Positions 21,156 through 31,290 of a stretch of DNA of 64,000 nucleotides are shown here, piece by piece. Below the pieces are notes generated by a model. The model was given only the letters and a program-made list of their open reading frames with translations, did not search any database and had not been told where the DNA came from. Within the stretch, counting starts at the first letter, position 1, and every line of letters starts with the position of its first letter. The DNA is from an uncultured delta proteobacterium (GTDB lineage Bacteria > Myxococcota_A > Polyangia > Polyangiales > Polyangiaceae): positions 288,001 to 352,000 of the forward strand of contig CAWJCS010000003.1 of the NCBI GenBank assembly GCA_963841435.1, given 5' to 3'. The translations under genes and the position numbers were made by a program.

Positions 21156-22234
21156 AGCAACGCCCCGACGGTGAGATTCACGAGCACGTTGGGACGACCC
21201 GTGCTGCCGACCTCGGCGTCAACGGCGTGGATCGCGACGCGCGGCGCGGCAAGCTGCGCGTGCGCCGTGAGCGTCGCGTAATACCTGTCCGGCAGGCGCA
21301 GCCGGGCGCCGAGTCCCGCGTCGAGCAGGAAGGACCATTGTTCGACGATGTGCCCGCGCTCCGGAAGGTCCGCGCGGCCGTCGAGCGCGGTGCGAAGCGC
21401 GCCCGCCGAAAGGCCGAAAAAAGGCTTCGGCCCGGAGCCCGACAGCGGGCAATAGCAGAGCCCGAACAGTCCGTAGCTCTGAGCGACCTCGACCGTGCCG
21501 ACCGACGTGGCGAGCGTCGGACGGGTTCCGAGACCCGACAGGGTCGCTTCGACGACGAGCCACGACCGCGCGGCCCAGTCGAGCCTCAGGAGCGGCAAGA
21601 GCGCCGGACCGACGCCGTCGAGGCTCGTGAGCACGCCCGCACCGAGCTCGACTCCCACGCGTCCCGCGGCGTCGGACGAGCGTGCGCTCGAGCGGTCGCC
21701 CGGCGGTTGGACCGTGTCGCCGTTTCGTGGTGGGGGACCCGCAGCAGGGTCTTCTGGTGGGGGCTCGGCGCCGGGGCGCCGCCGCGCTCGCGCAGCCAGA
21801 TCGATCTCGAGAAAGTAGGATCTCAAGACCTCGATGGCGCGGATCGCCAGCGTCTCCGAGGGATTGGGTGCGCCCGGCTCGACGACCACGCGCGCCACCT
21901 GCGAGCGAGGGGGAGAGCGCTCGAAGATCCAGAGGTCGACCGCGCTCGGCGTGCTCTCGCCGACGATGTCGAGGATGGCGTCGATGCCGCGCGCGGCGGC
22001 CGTGCGCTCGAGCCAGGCACGCGCATCGAGGGCCGCCGCGTCACGGGGGGTCGGCCGACCGAGGAGCTGAACCTCGATCCCGAGCGCCGAGAGCTCGCCA
22101 CGCAGCCGAAATGACGCTTCAGAAAGCGCGGGCGACGAGCCGGCGGGCTCGAGGATGGCGATGCTCGCGGCGTCGGCGCTCGCCGCCCAGAGCCACGCGC
22201 AAAGGACCAAAAGAACGAGCCGCGAGCGAGCCAC
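21152..22234 (-). CDS. Hypothetical exported protein with C-terminal amphipathic beta-strands (possible OM barrel)
   Basis: Signal peptide; alternating hydrophobic strands in the C-terminal half; in operon with ECF/FecR. Confidence 0.55.
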   Translation of the reverse strand: MARSRLVLLVLCAWLWAASADAASIAILEPAGSSPALSEASFRLRGELSALGIEVQLLGRPTPRDAAALDARAWLERTAAARGIDAILDIVGESTPSAVDLWIFERSPPRSQVARVVVEPGAPNPSETLAIRAIEVLRSYFLEIDLAARARRRPGAEPPPEDPAAGPPPRNGDTVQPPGDRSSARSSDAAGRVGVELGAGVLTSLDGVGPALLPLLRLDWAARSWLVVEATLSGLGTRPTLATSVGTVEVAQSYGLFGLCYCPLSGSGPKPFFGLSAGALRTALDGRADLPERGHIVEQWSFLLDAGLGARLRLPDRYYATLTAHAQLAAPRVAIHAVDAEVGSTGRPNVLVNLTVGALL

Positions 22235-22242
22235 CGCGCCGC

Positions 22243-23541
22243 CTAGGGAAGCCGCAGGAGGGCTCGCGCCGCGCCGGCGTAGCTCCCGTCCGGAAAGCGC
22301 CGCAGGTACTCCTCGGCGATGGGGCGCGCGATCGACGGCCCGCCGAGCTCGTTCGACAGCGTCATCTTGCGACCGAGCGCCTCGGCGGCGTAGGTGCCCG
22401 TCGGCGCGTGGGCAAGGTACTCGTCGTAGCGCGCGATGGCGACCGTTCGCGAAACGTCGCGCAGCTCCTCGACGCGACCCAAGAGGAAGATCGCGTCCAC
22501 CGAGCGCGGCGAGCCCGGGAAGCGGCGCAGCTCCGCGAGCAGCGCGGCGCGCGCCAAGTCGGTGCGCCGACGGTAGCGGGCTGCGTTGGCCAGCGAGAAC
22601 AGGTCGTCGCTCGACGCCGTTTCGAGCGTCGCTTGGACGCCGTCACGCTCAACGTCGGCGAGAATGTGGTCCCACTTGCCGCTCGCCAAAGCTTCCCGCC
22701 AGCGGCGCTCGGTGGTGGCCCCGGACGTGGCGCCCGCCGCCTCCGGCTTGTCGGAACGCTTCGGCTCGTCGGGCGGCACCGTCGCGCTCGAGCTCGAAGC
22801 ACTGGGGGCGGGGGCGAAAGGAGCAGTCGATCGGACGGCGAGCGGCGTGGGTGGCTCCTCGGTGATCACGGTCTGGGCCTTCGGCAGGCTCACGGTGAGC
22901 TTCTGACCGGGTCGCAGCGCGAAGCCATCGCCCACCACTGGACCGCTCACGACCACGCGCCCCCGGCGCAACGTGAGCTCGAGCTCTTCGCTGGCCGGAT
23001 CCCACTCGACCGTGAAATCCGTCCCCTTCACCCTCACCAGGAAGGGCCCGGCCTCCACCGCCCAGCGACGCTCCCGGCTCGGCGTGATGCGCAACGCCAC
23101 CGCGCCGTGCTCGAGCGCGAGGCTCGCTCCCTTTTCGGCTCCGACGCGCAATCGACCGCGAGCACCCGGCGTCAGCTCGAACCGACTCCCCTCGTCGAAG
23201 AACAGTTTGATGCCCGCGTGGCCGGACTCCGACAGGTACCCGCCCGAAAGCAGCCGGCCCCCTTCGACCCGGCTCACGCTAGCGGGACGCTCCGAAACGC
23301 TCGCGTCCGAGCGCAGCCTCGGAACGAAGACCGCCGCGACCAGGACGAGCGGCAGCGCGACCGCGACCAGCACGACCCACCGGCGCCGCTCGAATCGCGA
23401 CGCGCCGCTCCCGGCAATCCGCGCGCGAAACGCGAACAGCCCCCGGTCGAGCTCCGCCTGGCTCGGCTTCTTGACGGCACCGCGCAAGAGCCCGGTGAGC
23501 GCGCCGAGCGTGGGGGAATCCGTGGGCTCCGGAGGCATCAT
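22243..23541 (-). CDS. FecR-domain + TPR protein (putative anti-sigma factor)
   Basis: TM segment, then LEHG..VEAGPFLVRVKGTDFTVEW..GRVVV, and C-terminal TPR (YLRRFPDGSYA). Confidence 0.85.
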   Translation of the reverse strand: MMPPEPTDSPTLGALTGLLRGAVKKPSQAELDRGLFAFRARIAGSGASRFERRRWVVLVAVALPLVLVAAVFVPRLRSDASVSERPASVSRVEGGRLLSGGYLSESGHAGIKLFFDEGSRFELTPGARGRLRVGAEKGASLALEHGAVALRITPSRERRWAVEAGPFLVRVKGTDFTVEWDPASEELELTLRRGRVVVSGPVVGDGFALRPGQKLTVSLPKAQTVITEEPPTPLAVRSTAPFAPAPSASSSSATVPPDEPKRSDKPEAAGATSGATTERRWREALASGKWDHILADVERDGVQATLETASSDDLFSLANAARYRRRTDLARAALLAELRRFPGSPRSVDAIFLLGRVEELRDVSRTVAIARYDEYLAHAPTGTYAAEALGRKMTLSNELGGPSIARPIAEEYLRRFPDGSYAGAARALLRLP

Positions 23542-24170
23542 CCTTGCCCCCGTGGCAGACGCTCCAGAAGCCCCGCGAGCTCGGGATCGGAATCGACCCA
23601 GCGCGACAGCCGGCTCGAGGCATGCGCCATCGACCGCTTAACCGTCGATACCGAAAGCTCCATCGCCGCGGCGATCTCGTCCACGGTCATCGCTTCCACG
23701 CGCCGCAGCACGAACACCAGCCGATCGCGCGTCGAGAGCCGATCGAGCAGCACGTACAGCTTTCGCAAGAGATCCCGCGACTCAACGTCGACCGTCGAGT
23801 GCCTGAGATCAACCAGTGCCTCGGGCCTCTGGAACGTGAGCCACGCTCTCACGCGCCGGTGGCGAAGCTGAGTTTTGAGCACGCGGATCGCGACCGAGTA
23901 AACGAAGCTGCGCAGCGCGCTCGGATCACGCACGGTGGGCGCCAGCCGATACACCCGATGAAAGACCTCTTGCGTCAGGTCCTCCGCCTCGGCCCTCGAC
24001 CCGAGCGCTCGCTCCGCCGTCGTCATGACCATCGGCGCGAAGCGGTACCAGACCTCGGTCGCCGCCCACGGCTCGCCCGTGCCCAGACCCAGGGCGAGCT
24101 CTGCATCGCTCTTGTCCCGTCGGGCGGGGCTTACCACCAGGGAAAGGGGGGCGCGCGCGGGGCTCGTCAT
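23538..24170 (-). CDS. ECF RNA polymerase sigma factor
   Basis: EAEDLTQEVF and LRSFVYSVA (region 2); TVDEIAAAMELSVSTVKR (region 4). Confidence 0.92.
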   Translation of the reverse strand: MTSPARAPLSLVVSPARRDKSDAELALGLGTGEPWAATEVWYRFAPMVMTTAERALGSRAEAEDLTQEVFHRVYRLAPTVRDPSALRSFVYSVAIRVLKTQLRHRRVRAWLTFQRPEALVDLRHSTVDVESRDLLRKLYVLLDRLSTRDRLVFVLRRVEAMTVDEIAAAMELSVSTVKRSMAHASSRLSRWVDSDPELAGLLERLPRGQG

Positions 24171-24388
24171 GGTGCGGTTGCGGTTTGGGACGCCGAGCAG
24201 TTGCGGGCGCGAGGGAAACTGGTCCACCCGGCGGCGTTTTCGTGGGCGACCCTCCACGCAAGCGCAATCGAGGTCGCGTGTCACTGGGCCGATCGGCCTA
24301 TGGGGCTCGGCGCCCTCACTGCCGTCCGCCACGGGCGCGTGAGCGGGACCGCGGGAAAGATGCGCCCAATTGAGGCGGGTCGTGGCGC

Positions 24389-25441
24389 GTGGCATGCTCC
24401 TTCGCGGTGGTGGAGGTAAGGACATGGCTCTCGCTCGTCGCTGTCGCGGGCGCGTTCGCCGTCGCCTGCGGTGGCAAGTCGACGGTCGAGCGAGCCGGCG
24501 CGGAGCCGGGCGTCGGCGGCACGACGCCCGGCAGCGGCGGCACCGCGCAACCCGGCAGCGGTGGCGCGAGCGGCACGACGCCCGGCAGCGGCGGCAGCGC
24601 GCAACCCGGCAGCGGCGGCGCGAGCGGCACGCCGCCTGGCAGCGGCGGCACCGCGCCGGTGGACACGGGCGGCACCGGTTTCGTCGGCGGCGACGGTGGC
24701 GCCGGCACGGGCGGCCGCAGCGGCGCGACGGCGGGTGGCGCGAGCGGCGCGACGGCGGGTGGCACGAGCGGCGACGGCGGAGCCGGCACGCCTGGCGGGT
24801 CAGGCGGCATCGGAGCGAGCGGCGGCGAAGCACCAGGGTCGTGCGACGAAGTCGTGCCGTGCGGAGGCGACTTGGACGGCGCCTGGACCGTCATCGGCTC
24901 GTGCCTCGACGTGCGAGGCCTTTTGGACGTTTCCGTGCTTGGGTTCGGCTGCAGCTCGGCGACGGTCACCGGATCGCTCGTGGTGAGCGGCACCTTCATC
25001 GTGGAAGCCGAGACCGAAACCGTTGCGGACTGGACGACGACGACGGGCACAGAAGACATCGAGCTCGCGCCCGAATGCCTCCTCATCTCGGGAACCACCA
25101 CCACTTGCGAACGGGTAAGTGGTCCGCTCCAGGCGCTCGGCTACGCCGCCGTCGTTTGCGACGACGCCGACGGCGGCGGGTGCACGTGCTTGGCCACCGT
25201 CGACCAGGAAGGCGGCATGGCGTACGTCTCGGTCAACCCGACCACGCGCCCGAGCTACATCGCCGGGGACGGCGTGCTGACGACCTCCGACGGATTTTAC
25301 TCCCAGGGCTACGAATACTGCGTCGCCCAAGACTTCATGCTGCTGTCTCCGAAGGACGAGGGCCTCGTGGGGACCGCGACCGGCGCGATCGCGATGGAGC
25401 CGTGCTCGCCGCCCGAGTGCGCCAGCGCCCCCCTACGGTAG
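24389..25441 (+). CDS. Gly-rich lipoprotein with Cys-rich beta domain
   Basis: AVAC lipobox, PGSGG repeats, CGGDLDGAWTV..C..GCTC..YEYCV. The start may be GTG 24410. Confidence 0.7.
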   Translation: MACSFAVVEVRTWLSLVAVAGAFAVACGGKSTVERAGAEPGVGGTTPGSGGTAQPGSGGASGTTPGSGGSAQPGSGGASGTPPGSGGTAPVDTGGTGFVGGDGGAGTGGRSGATAGGASGATAGGTSGDGGAGTPGGSGGIGASGGEAPGSCDEVVPCGGDLDGAWTVIGSCLDVRGLLDVSVLGFGCSSATVTGSLVVSGTFIVEAETETVADWTTTTGTEDIELAPECLLISGTTTTCERVSGPLQALGYAAVVCDDADGGGCTCLATVDQEGGMAYVSVNPTTRPSYIAGDGVLTTSDGFYSQGYEYCVAQDFMLLSPKDEGLVGTATGAIAMEPCSPPECASAPLR

Positions 25442-26698
25442 GTTCATCGACTTCACTTCCCAGGCGCTGTCGCTGCAGTACGTGCAGCCCGCACCGACGA
25501 GCACGCCCTTGCCTGTTGCCGTCTCGTCGCCTTTCAGCCACCAGTTGAGCCATGCGAGGTCGATCTTGGTGAAATCCCCGCCACGGCTCGAGAACAGATC
25601 CCCGCCGTGCCCGAGCGCCTTACTAAAGAGCATGATCGGAATCCCGAGGGCGGCGATGTTGTCGTAGTCCCGCTCGCCGTTGTCGTAGGCAATGTCGCCG
25701 GAGCCCCCGAGCACGACCAGCACCGGCGTGTGCACCGTCTTGAAGAAGGCCTGGTTCGCGCTGAACATCCCGCTGCTATTGATCCCCCAGGTCGTGATGC
25801 GCGGATCGCCCGCGGTTCCCTCGGCCATCAATCCGCCGCACGAAAACCCATTGGCCGCGATCTTCGTCGTATCCAGGCTCTGGTAGTACGCGCTGCACGG
25901 CTTCGCGTTCTCCGCGATGACCCAGTCGATGTACGCGATCAGCGGCTTTCCCATCGAGACAACGTCGCTCGTCTGCGAGCGCGAGCTGCTCCCGTTCGGC
26001 GTCCCGTCCGCGACCACGAAGTACCCGTACGAGGCGATCTCCGCCATCGCCGCCTGGTTCGAGAGCCCGTTCTGCGAGCACCCGCCCTCTGCCCACACGA
26101 AGATCGGGTACTTCTCGCTGCCCCCCAAATCCGTCGGTCGAAAGATCGTGCCCTCCTTGATCCCGTCGTCCGAGTTCGTTTCGACCGTCACCTTGTGTGG
26201 CCCGCTGCCCGAAGCATTCGTTCCCGTTGCCTTCGACGCCGTGCACGGGCCCGGGTTGTCCCCACCGCTGCCCGCCGCACCCCCCGTCGCGCCGGCGCTT
26301 CCCGCCGCGCCACCCATCGCGCTCGAGCCACTGCTTCCCGCGGTTCCGCCCGCGCCTCCGCTGCCGGCCGCGCCACCGGACGCGCTCATACCGCCCGTGG
26401 CCGCTCCACTCGATCCCGCTTCTGCTCCGCCCGTTCCTCCGGCTCCTCCCACGGCCGATCCTCCGATCCCTGCGCTACCGCCCGTGCCGCTCGTCCCGCC
26501 GCTCGCGGCTTGTCCCGCCGTGCCGCCAGTCCCGCCCGTCAAAAGTGACCCCGCCGTTCCGCCAGTGCCGGTGCCACCCGTGCTCGGTGTGCCACCCGTG
26601 CCGACGTTGGTTGCTGCGTCATCGCCGGCGCTGCTGCAGCCCCAGAGGGCGATGCCCAATGCTCCCGCGATGAAGATGTTCCGCGACGGCTGCTCCAT
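25433..26698 (-). CDS. Alpha/beta hydrolase lipoprotein with Gly-rich linker
   Basis: LWGC lipobox; EIASYGY, GFSCGG nucleophile, GGSGD, GHGG, AWLNWWLKGD. Confidence 0.8.
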   Translation of the reverse strand: MEQPSRNIFIAGALGIALWGCSSAGDDAATNVGTGGTPSTGGTGTGGTAGSLLTGGTGGTAGQAASGGTSGTGGSAGIGGSAVGGAGGTGGAEAGSSGAATGGMSASGGAAGSGGAGGTAGSSGSSAMGGAAGSAGATGGAAGSGGDNPGPCTASKATGTNASGSGPHKVTVETNSDDGIKEGTIFRPTDLGGSEKYPIFVWAEGGCSQNGLSNQAAMAEIASYGYFVVADGTPNGSSSRSQTSDVVSMGKPLIAYIDWVIAENAKPCSAYYQSLDTTKIAANGFSCGGLMAEGTAGDPRITTWGINSSGMFSANQAFFKTVHTPVLVVLGGSGDIAYDNGERDYDNIAALGIPIMLFSKALGHGGDLFSSRGGDFTKIDLAWLNWWLKGDETATGKGVLVGAGCTYCSDSAWEVKSMNLP

Positions 26699-26800
26699 GT
26701 GCTTTCCTGCTCCTCGGCGTCGGCGGAGCCCGAAGCTCCGCCTCCGCGCGGCAGTCGCGGCGGCTGCGGAAACTGGTTCAGGGAAGTGGAGGCGGGCGGC

Positions 26801-27826
26801 TCACTCCGGCCGGCAACCAACGCACCCATCGCCCGCCCGGTCGTTCCCGTCGTCGCAGACCTCGCCGGGATCCAGCACGGCGTCGCCGCAGCGGGGAACG
26901 GTGCAGTTGCCGCGGCAGGCCGTGGTGTGGTCGGAGGCAACGAGCTCGACCGGCAGCGTCAGGTCGAGTGACAGCTCGGCGCCGACCTCGAGATCCGAGC
27001 CTTGCCCGGAGAGGAAGATCCACTGGCTGATGCCCGCGCGGAGTGACGGCGTGATCGTCAGATGCCACGTACCGGGAAAGGACAATCCCTGGATCATGCC
27101 GCCGTCGGTGTTGCGAACGCAGTCCCACTCGGCGTGCGCCGTCGTCGGTGTCGTCCGCGCGAATTCGACATCGTCGTCCGAGAACAAGACGGCCGTGTCC
27201 GGCAGTCCCTCGATGTCGAAGACGATGTCCGACAACGGCTGGACGATGCCGGTCGAATCCTCGTCGATACCGTTGAGGAGGACGACGGTCACGGCCGATT
27301 CCGGGCTCCAACGATAAAGATAGAGGACGCTCGTCTCTGCCGCCTCGAAGCCCGTATGGCTGCTTCTCGAGCGATAGTCGAAATGAGCCGCGGCCGATGC
27401 GGGGCCGACGATGGGCTCGACCGCCACTCGCGTTGCTCCCTGCCGGAGCTCGAAGGCCGGCAGCGCCGGCTCGGAGCCTGGCTCGCAGGCTTCGCCCGGC
27501 CCGAGGACGCCGTCGCCACATTGGACGGGAGCCAGGCCGCCGGCACCCGCCATACCTGCCCCGCCGCTGCCGGCCACGGCCTCACCGCCGACGCCCGCCG
27601 CGCCAGCCCCACCGCCGCCGACGCCCGCCGCGCCAGCCCCACCGCCGCCGACAGCGGGCTCACCGCCACGGCCCGCCATCGGCTGCCCACCGCCGCCCGC
27701 CGCCGCTCCGCCACTGCCGCCCTCGCCTGCAAGCGCATCGGGCTCGAAAGACCCACCGTCGAGCTCCGACCGCCCACACGCGGGAGCGAGCGCCATCGAA
27801 ACGAGTAGAAGCGGTGCGAGCCTCAC
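26801..27826 (-). CDS. Lipoprotein with Myxococcus Cys-rich repeats (DUF4215-like)
   Basis: APACGRS; CGDGVLGPGEAC and CGDAVLDPGEVCDDGN..GDGC. Confidence 0.75.
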   Translation of the reverse strand: MRLAPLLLVSMALAPACGRSELDGGSFEPDALAGEGGSGGAAAGGGGQPMAGRGGEPAVGGGGAGAAGVGGGGAGAAGVGGEAVAGSGGAGMAGAGGLAPVQCGDGVLGPGEACEPGSEPALPAFELRQGATRVAVEPIVGPASAAAHFDYRSRSSHTGFEAAETSVLYLYRWSPESAVTVVLLNGIDEDSTGIVQPLSDIVFDIEGLPDTAVLFSDDDVEFARTTPTTAHAEWDCVRNTDGGMIQGLSFPGTWHLTITPSLRAGISQWIFLSGQGSDLEVGAELSLDLTLPVELVASDHTTACRGNCTVPRCGDAVLDPGEVCDDGNDRAGDGCVGCRPE

Positions 27827-27884
27827 AGGGTCTCTGCTCGTAGCACGACGACCTCGAAAGGTGCTTCGCGCGCCGGTCGTAACG

Positions 27885-29201
27885 CTAGAGTCCGCTGAAG
27901 AACGACCAAATGTTCCCGGCCGCGGTGCCGGTGATGGTGTGGTCCCAGTTTCCGACGCAGTAGACGACTGGGCTCCCGTCTACGCAGCCGCCGTAGGACT
28001 GACACCCGGTGAAGGACGCGGTGGTCATCTGGTTGCAGCCGTTTTGCTGGAGCCAAAAATCACGAGTCGCCTCGCCCCGGTCGGGCGTGACCAGCGTGTC
28101 GGCGGTCCCTTGATGGACGATGACCGCGGGCTTTGCGTTCGCGTTCGGACACGAGTCTGGACCCAGCCCCTCCACGGGCGCGAAGCCGCGGAACCAGTCG
28201 CTGTGGGCGCAGGCGATGGAGTTGGTGAACATGCCGCCCATGCTGAAGCCCGTGATGAACACGCGACTCGGATCGATGCAGAAGCGATCCTCGAGATCGG
28301 TCATCAACGACTGAATGAAGGTGTAGTTTGCATCGTTGGCCGTCCAGGTCAACTTGAGGACCTGATCGCCCCAGTGCGACGTGTTGCCGGGGGCTGGGCC
28401 TTCTCCCTGCGGGAACACGGTGATGGCCTTGCCGTTCGAGCGTGACGTGAAATTGTACAGACCCACGACGGCGACGTTGTTCATGTCGTAGCCGTGCAGG
28501 GCGAAGACCAGCGAGAGCGGCGTCTTGTTGTCGGTGTTGGTCGGAACGTCGAGCAGGTAGTAGCGGGTCGTTCCGCCGATATCCATGGTCTGTTGGACCT
28601 TGGGATCCGGTCGAGCGAGAGCCGTGCCGCAGCCGGGCGAGCTCGTCGCCGCACCGGCGGCACCGCCGCTGCCACCGCCCGAGCTACCGCCTGCGCCAGA
28701 AGCGCCGCCCGAAAGCGAGCCGCCTTCCCCTGCGCTGCCGCTCGAGCCGGCCGTCGTCCCACCCGCGCCCGCCGTCATGCCGCCCGCGCCGCTCATCGCG
28801 CCACCCGAACCGCTGGTCGCACCGCCGGAGCTCAGCGTGCCACCCGACCCGCTGCTCGCGCCGCCCGACCCGCTGCTCGCGCCGCCCGACCCGCTGCTCG
28901 CGCCGCCCGACCCGCTGCTCGCGCCGCCCGACCCGCTGCTCGCGCCGCCCGACCCGCTGCTCGCGCCTCCGGAGCTCATGGTGCCGCCGGACCCGCTCAT
29001 CGCTCCGCCGGACCCGCTCGTGGTGCCGCCAGTTCCGGCACCGCTTTCTGCGGCAGAACCGCCCACGGCACCCGACCCGTCACCACCGGCGCTCTGGTTC
29101 ACTGACGACGTTGCGCCATCCGAGCACGCTGCACAGAAGGCAACGAGAGAACAGACCGCGACCGAACGCGGAACGAGAGAAAAACGAGCTCGAGGATTCA
29201 T
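27885..29201 (-). CDS. PHB-depolymerase/feruloyl-esterase-like (CE1-like) lipoprotein
   Basis: CAAC lipobox, long Gly/Ser linker, SPGCG, LVFALHG, GFSMGG, HQGTAD, WDH. Confidence 0.8.
   Translation of the reverse strand: MNPRARFSLVPRSVAVCSLVAFCAACSDGATSSVNQSAGGDGSGAVGGSAAESGAGTGGTTSGSGGAMSGSGGTMSSGGASSGSGGASSGSGGASSGSGGASSGSGGASSGSGGASSGSGGTLSSGGATSGSGGAMSGAGGMTAGAGGTTAGSSGSAGEGGSLSGGASGAGGSSGGGSGGAAGAATSSPGCGTALARPDPKVQQTMDIGGTTRYYLLDVPTNTDNKTPLSLVFALHGYDMNNVAVVGLYNFTSRSNGKAITVFPQGEGPAPGNTSHWGDQVLKLTWTANDANYTFIQSLMTDLEDRFCIDPSRVFITGFSMGGMFTNSIACAHSDWFRGFAPVEGLGPDSCPNANAKPAVIVHQGTADTLVTPDRGEATRDFWLQQNGCNQMTTASFTGCQSYGGCVDGSPVVYCVGNWDHTITGTAAGNIWSFFSGL
28843..28967. repeat. 21-bp tandem repeat, ~6 copies, encoding (ASSGSGG)n
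   Basis: CCCGACCCGCTGCTCGCGCCG repeated essentially perfectly within the linker. Confidence 0.95.
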
Positions 29202-29280
29202 GATGGTCACTCCCTGCCTTTCTGTCCTCTGCCCCGCGACAACCGTTCGTCTGAAGCAGCAGTTGTCGCTCCCTTTCGAA

Positions 29281-31083
29281 CTACGGCGTGTAGCGGATCG
29301 TTGCCCAGCCGCTCGGCATCGAAAACTGCAGCTTCTTGCCGCCGATGGCGACGACGTAACTGCCGTTCGCCGCGCCGCTGTTGTACATGACGGCCACCAG
29401 GCTGCCGTCGGGGTTCTTGAACGCGACGGCATCGCCGCCCATGGCATCGATGCGCTTCGCCCCCGGGACCACGAACTGAGCGAAATGCCGGAAGACGTAG
29501 TAGGCGGGCGTCTTCGTGAGCTGTCCCGAGTCCGCTACCAGCAGCGCGTTTTGCGCCCACACGCGGGTGTTGTCGATGCCCTTGCCGCCCTTGTCGAGCA
29601 CCATGTTCCACGAGTTGTAACCGGTCACGCCGTTGTTGATCGCGCTGCGGATCTGGTTCCAGCTGTCCTTGCCGTAGGCGAGATCGTTGGGCGCCGTGGC
29701 GACGTTCGCGCCGGGTTGGCCGCCGCACTTGTGCTCGGTGACCCAGATCGGAATGCCGGGGCCCCGGCTCTTCAGGTTGCTCAGCTGATTCGCGTCCGAC
29801 ATGCCCCACTGCACGCCGATGACCTTGGAGTAGGCCTTGGCGGTGGCGTCCGCCAACACGGCATTCGCGACGGCGACGTCGGCACTGCCGCCGGCGTTCG
29901 ACATCGTGGCGAGCATGATCTGCGCCGTCGGATTCGCGGTATCGAGCGCCGGCCCGAGGTACTTGCTGACGAACGTCGTGAACGTGCTCGCCGACCAGAT
30001 GCACGACGGGTAGTTCTGCGAGTAGTTCGGCTCGTTCTGTGGCGCAACGTAGTCGACCTTGATGCCCTCACCCGCGTAGGCCGCGATGAATTTCACGAAG
30101 TAGAGGGCGTGCGCCTTCAGGGTCTGGTCGTCGCTCTTCATCGAGCCGCCGTCGAAGGCATTCACGGGATTTCCCGGGGTCTGATAGGGGCTCGACTTCA
30201 TCCAGGTGGGCGGCGTCCATGGGCTCGCCCAGAAGCGGAGATCGGGGTTCACCGCCTGCGCCGCCTTGACGTACGGGATGAGCTTTTGCTTGTCCCGGTC
30301 GATGGAGAAATTCGCCATCGTGTAGTCGCCGGCCGTCTCGTCGAGCGTGTAGCGGTCCACGGCGTAGTCGCTCGCGCCCATCGGAATGCGACCCCACGCG
30401 AAGTGGCAGCCGTCCACGCCGAAGAGCAACTGAAGCGCTTCGTCCTTCATCGCCTGCGTGGTGAGGTAGCTCCAGCCGAGCTCGTTGAACGCGCCGCCGA
30501 AGCCGTCCCACGTCTGGTACGCGGTGGCGTCGTTCACGGTGACGGTCGCGTTCCCGGTCGCCTCGACCCAAGTCCCCGTCTGCCAGAACGCATCGGATGC
30601 GGAGGTGATGAGGACGTCCGCGGGAGGCTCGCCCATTCCTGCGGCCCCGCCGCTCCCCTGACCGCCGCCGCCCTGAGCGGCCCCCGCCGTTCCACCCTCA
30701 CCGGCGCTGCCGCCCGACGACTGCGAGCCACCCAGGCCGCCCGTGTCCCCTCCCGCCGTGCCGGCCTGGCCGCCGCCGCTCGTGCCCCCCGTGGTGCCTG
30801 CGAACCCGCCCGACCCGCCGCTTTGTCCAGCGCTTCCGCCGGACTGACCCGCTCCGCCGCTCTGGCTTCCCCCGGTCGCGGCGCCCCCGGCGCCGCCGCT
30901 CGTGGCACCCCCGACACCCGTTGCTCCGCCCGTCCCCGCAGCGCTCGTCCCCCCGGTCTGGCCCACACCACCAGACGGCGCGCCACCCGCGTTGCTGGTG
31001 CCGTCACCGGTGCCAGCGCACGCGGCCAGCAAAAGCGCCGTGGTCGAAATGGAGAGCGCAAGGAAGACGAGTCGAGTCCGCAT
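29281..31083 (-). CDS. GH30 glycoside hydrolase lipoprotein (glucosylceramidase/beta-1,6-glucanase-like branch)
   Basis: GFGGAFNE, RIPMGASDY, ASPWTPPTWMK, PQNEP, WVTE, WNMVLD, AFKNPDG. Confidence 0.9.
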   Translation of the reverse strand: MRTRLVFLALSISTTALLLAACAGTGDGTSNAGGAPSGGVGQTGGTSAAGTGGATGVGGATSGGAGGAATGGSQSGGAGQSGGSAGQSGGSGGFAGTTGGTSGGGQAGTAGGDTGGLGGSQSSGGSAGEGGTAGAAQGGGGQGSGGAAGMGEPPADVLITSASDAFWQTGTWVEATGNATVTVNDATAYQTWDGFGGAFNELGWSYLTTQAMKDEALQLLFGVDGCHFAWGRIPMGASDYAVDRYTLDETAGDYTMANFSIDRDKQKLIPYVKAAQAVNPDLRFWASPWTPPTWMKSSPYQTPGNPVNAFDGGSMKSDDQTLKAHALYFVKFIAAYAGEGIKVDYVAPQNEPNYSQNYPSCIWSASTFTTFVSKYLGPALDTANPTAQIMLATMSNAGGSADVAVANAVLADATAKAYSKVIGVQWGMSDANQLSNLKSRGPGIPIWVTEHKCGGQPGANVATAPNDLAYGKDSWNQIRSAINNGVTGYNSWNMVLDKGGKGIDNTRVWAQNALLVADSGQLTKTPAYYVFRHFAQFVVPGAKRIDAMGGDAVAFKNPDGSLVAVMYNSGAANGSYVVAIGGKKLQFSMPSGWATIRYTP

Positions 31084-31290
31084 CGTGATGACTTAAGGCG
31101 GCTGACGGGGTCCACGACGTCAGAAAACTGCAACTCGGAGCGCTGATACGCCGGAGCGACGCAGGCGAGAGGCAGCTTTACAGGTGTCGCAGGTCCGAAC
31201 GTCGGAATTGGAAGTAGAACTGATCCGATCGGCTGTCACTCGGGAATACACGGCCAGGCATCGAGAGTGGTCGAACCGAGGTCCAGCGAC

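Noticed and set aside
24383-24398. Sigma54-like TGGCGCGTGGCATGCT
   Set aside because: GG-N10-GC fits, but it would leave almost no leader before the likely start, and such matches arise easily at this GC content.
28843-28967. Possible CRISPR array
   Set aside because: The repeats are contiguous with no spacers, in frame within a CDS, and there are no cas genes.
28585-31146. Long Pro-rich antisense ORFs (also 21682-23871, 25917-27317, 15271-16797)
   Set aside because: These are shadows of real opposite-strand genes in GC-rich DNA; the Pro runs mirror Gly linkers.
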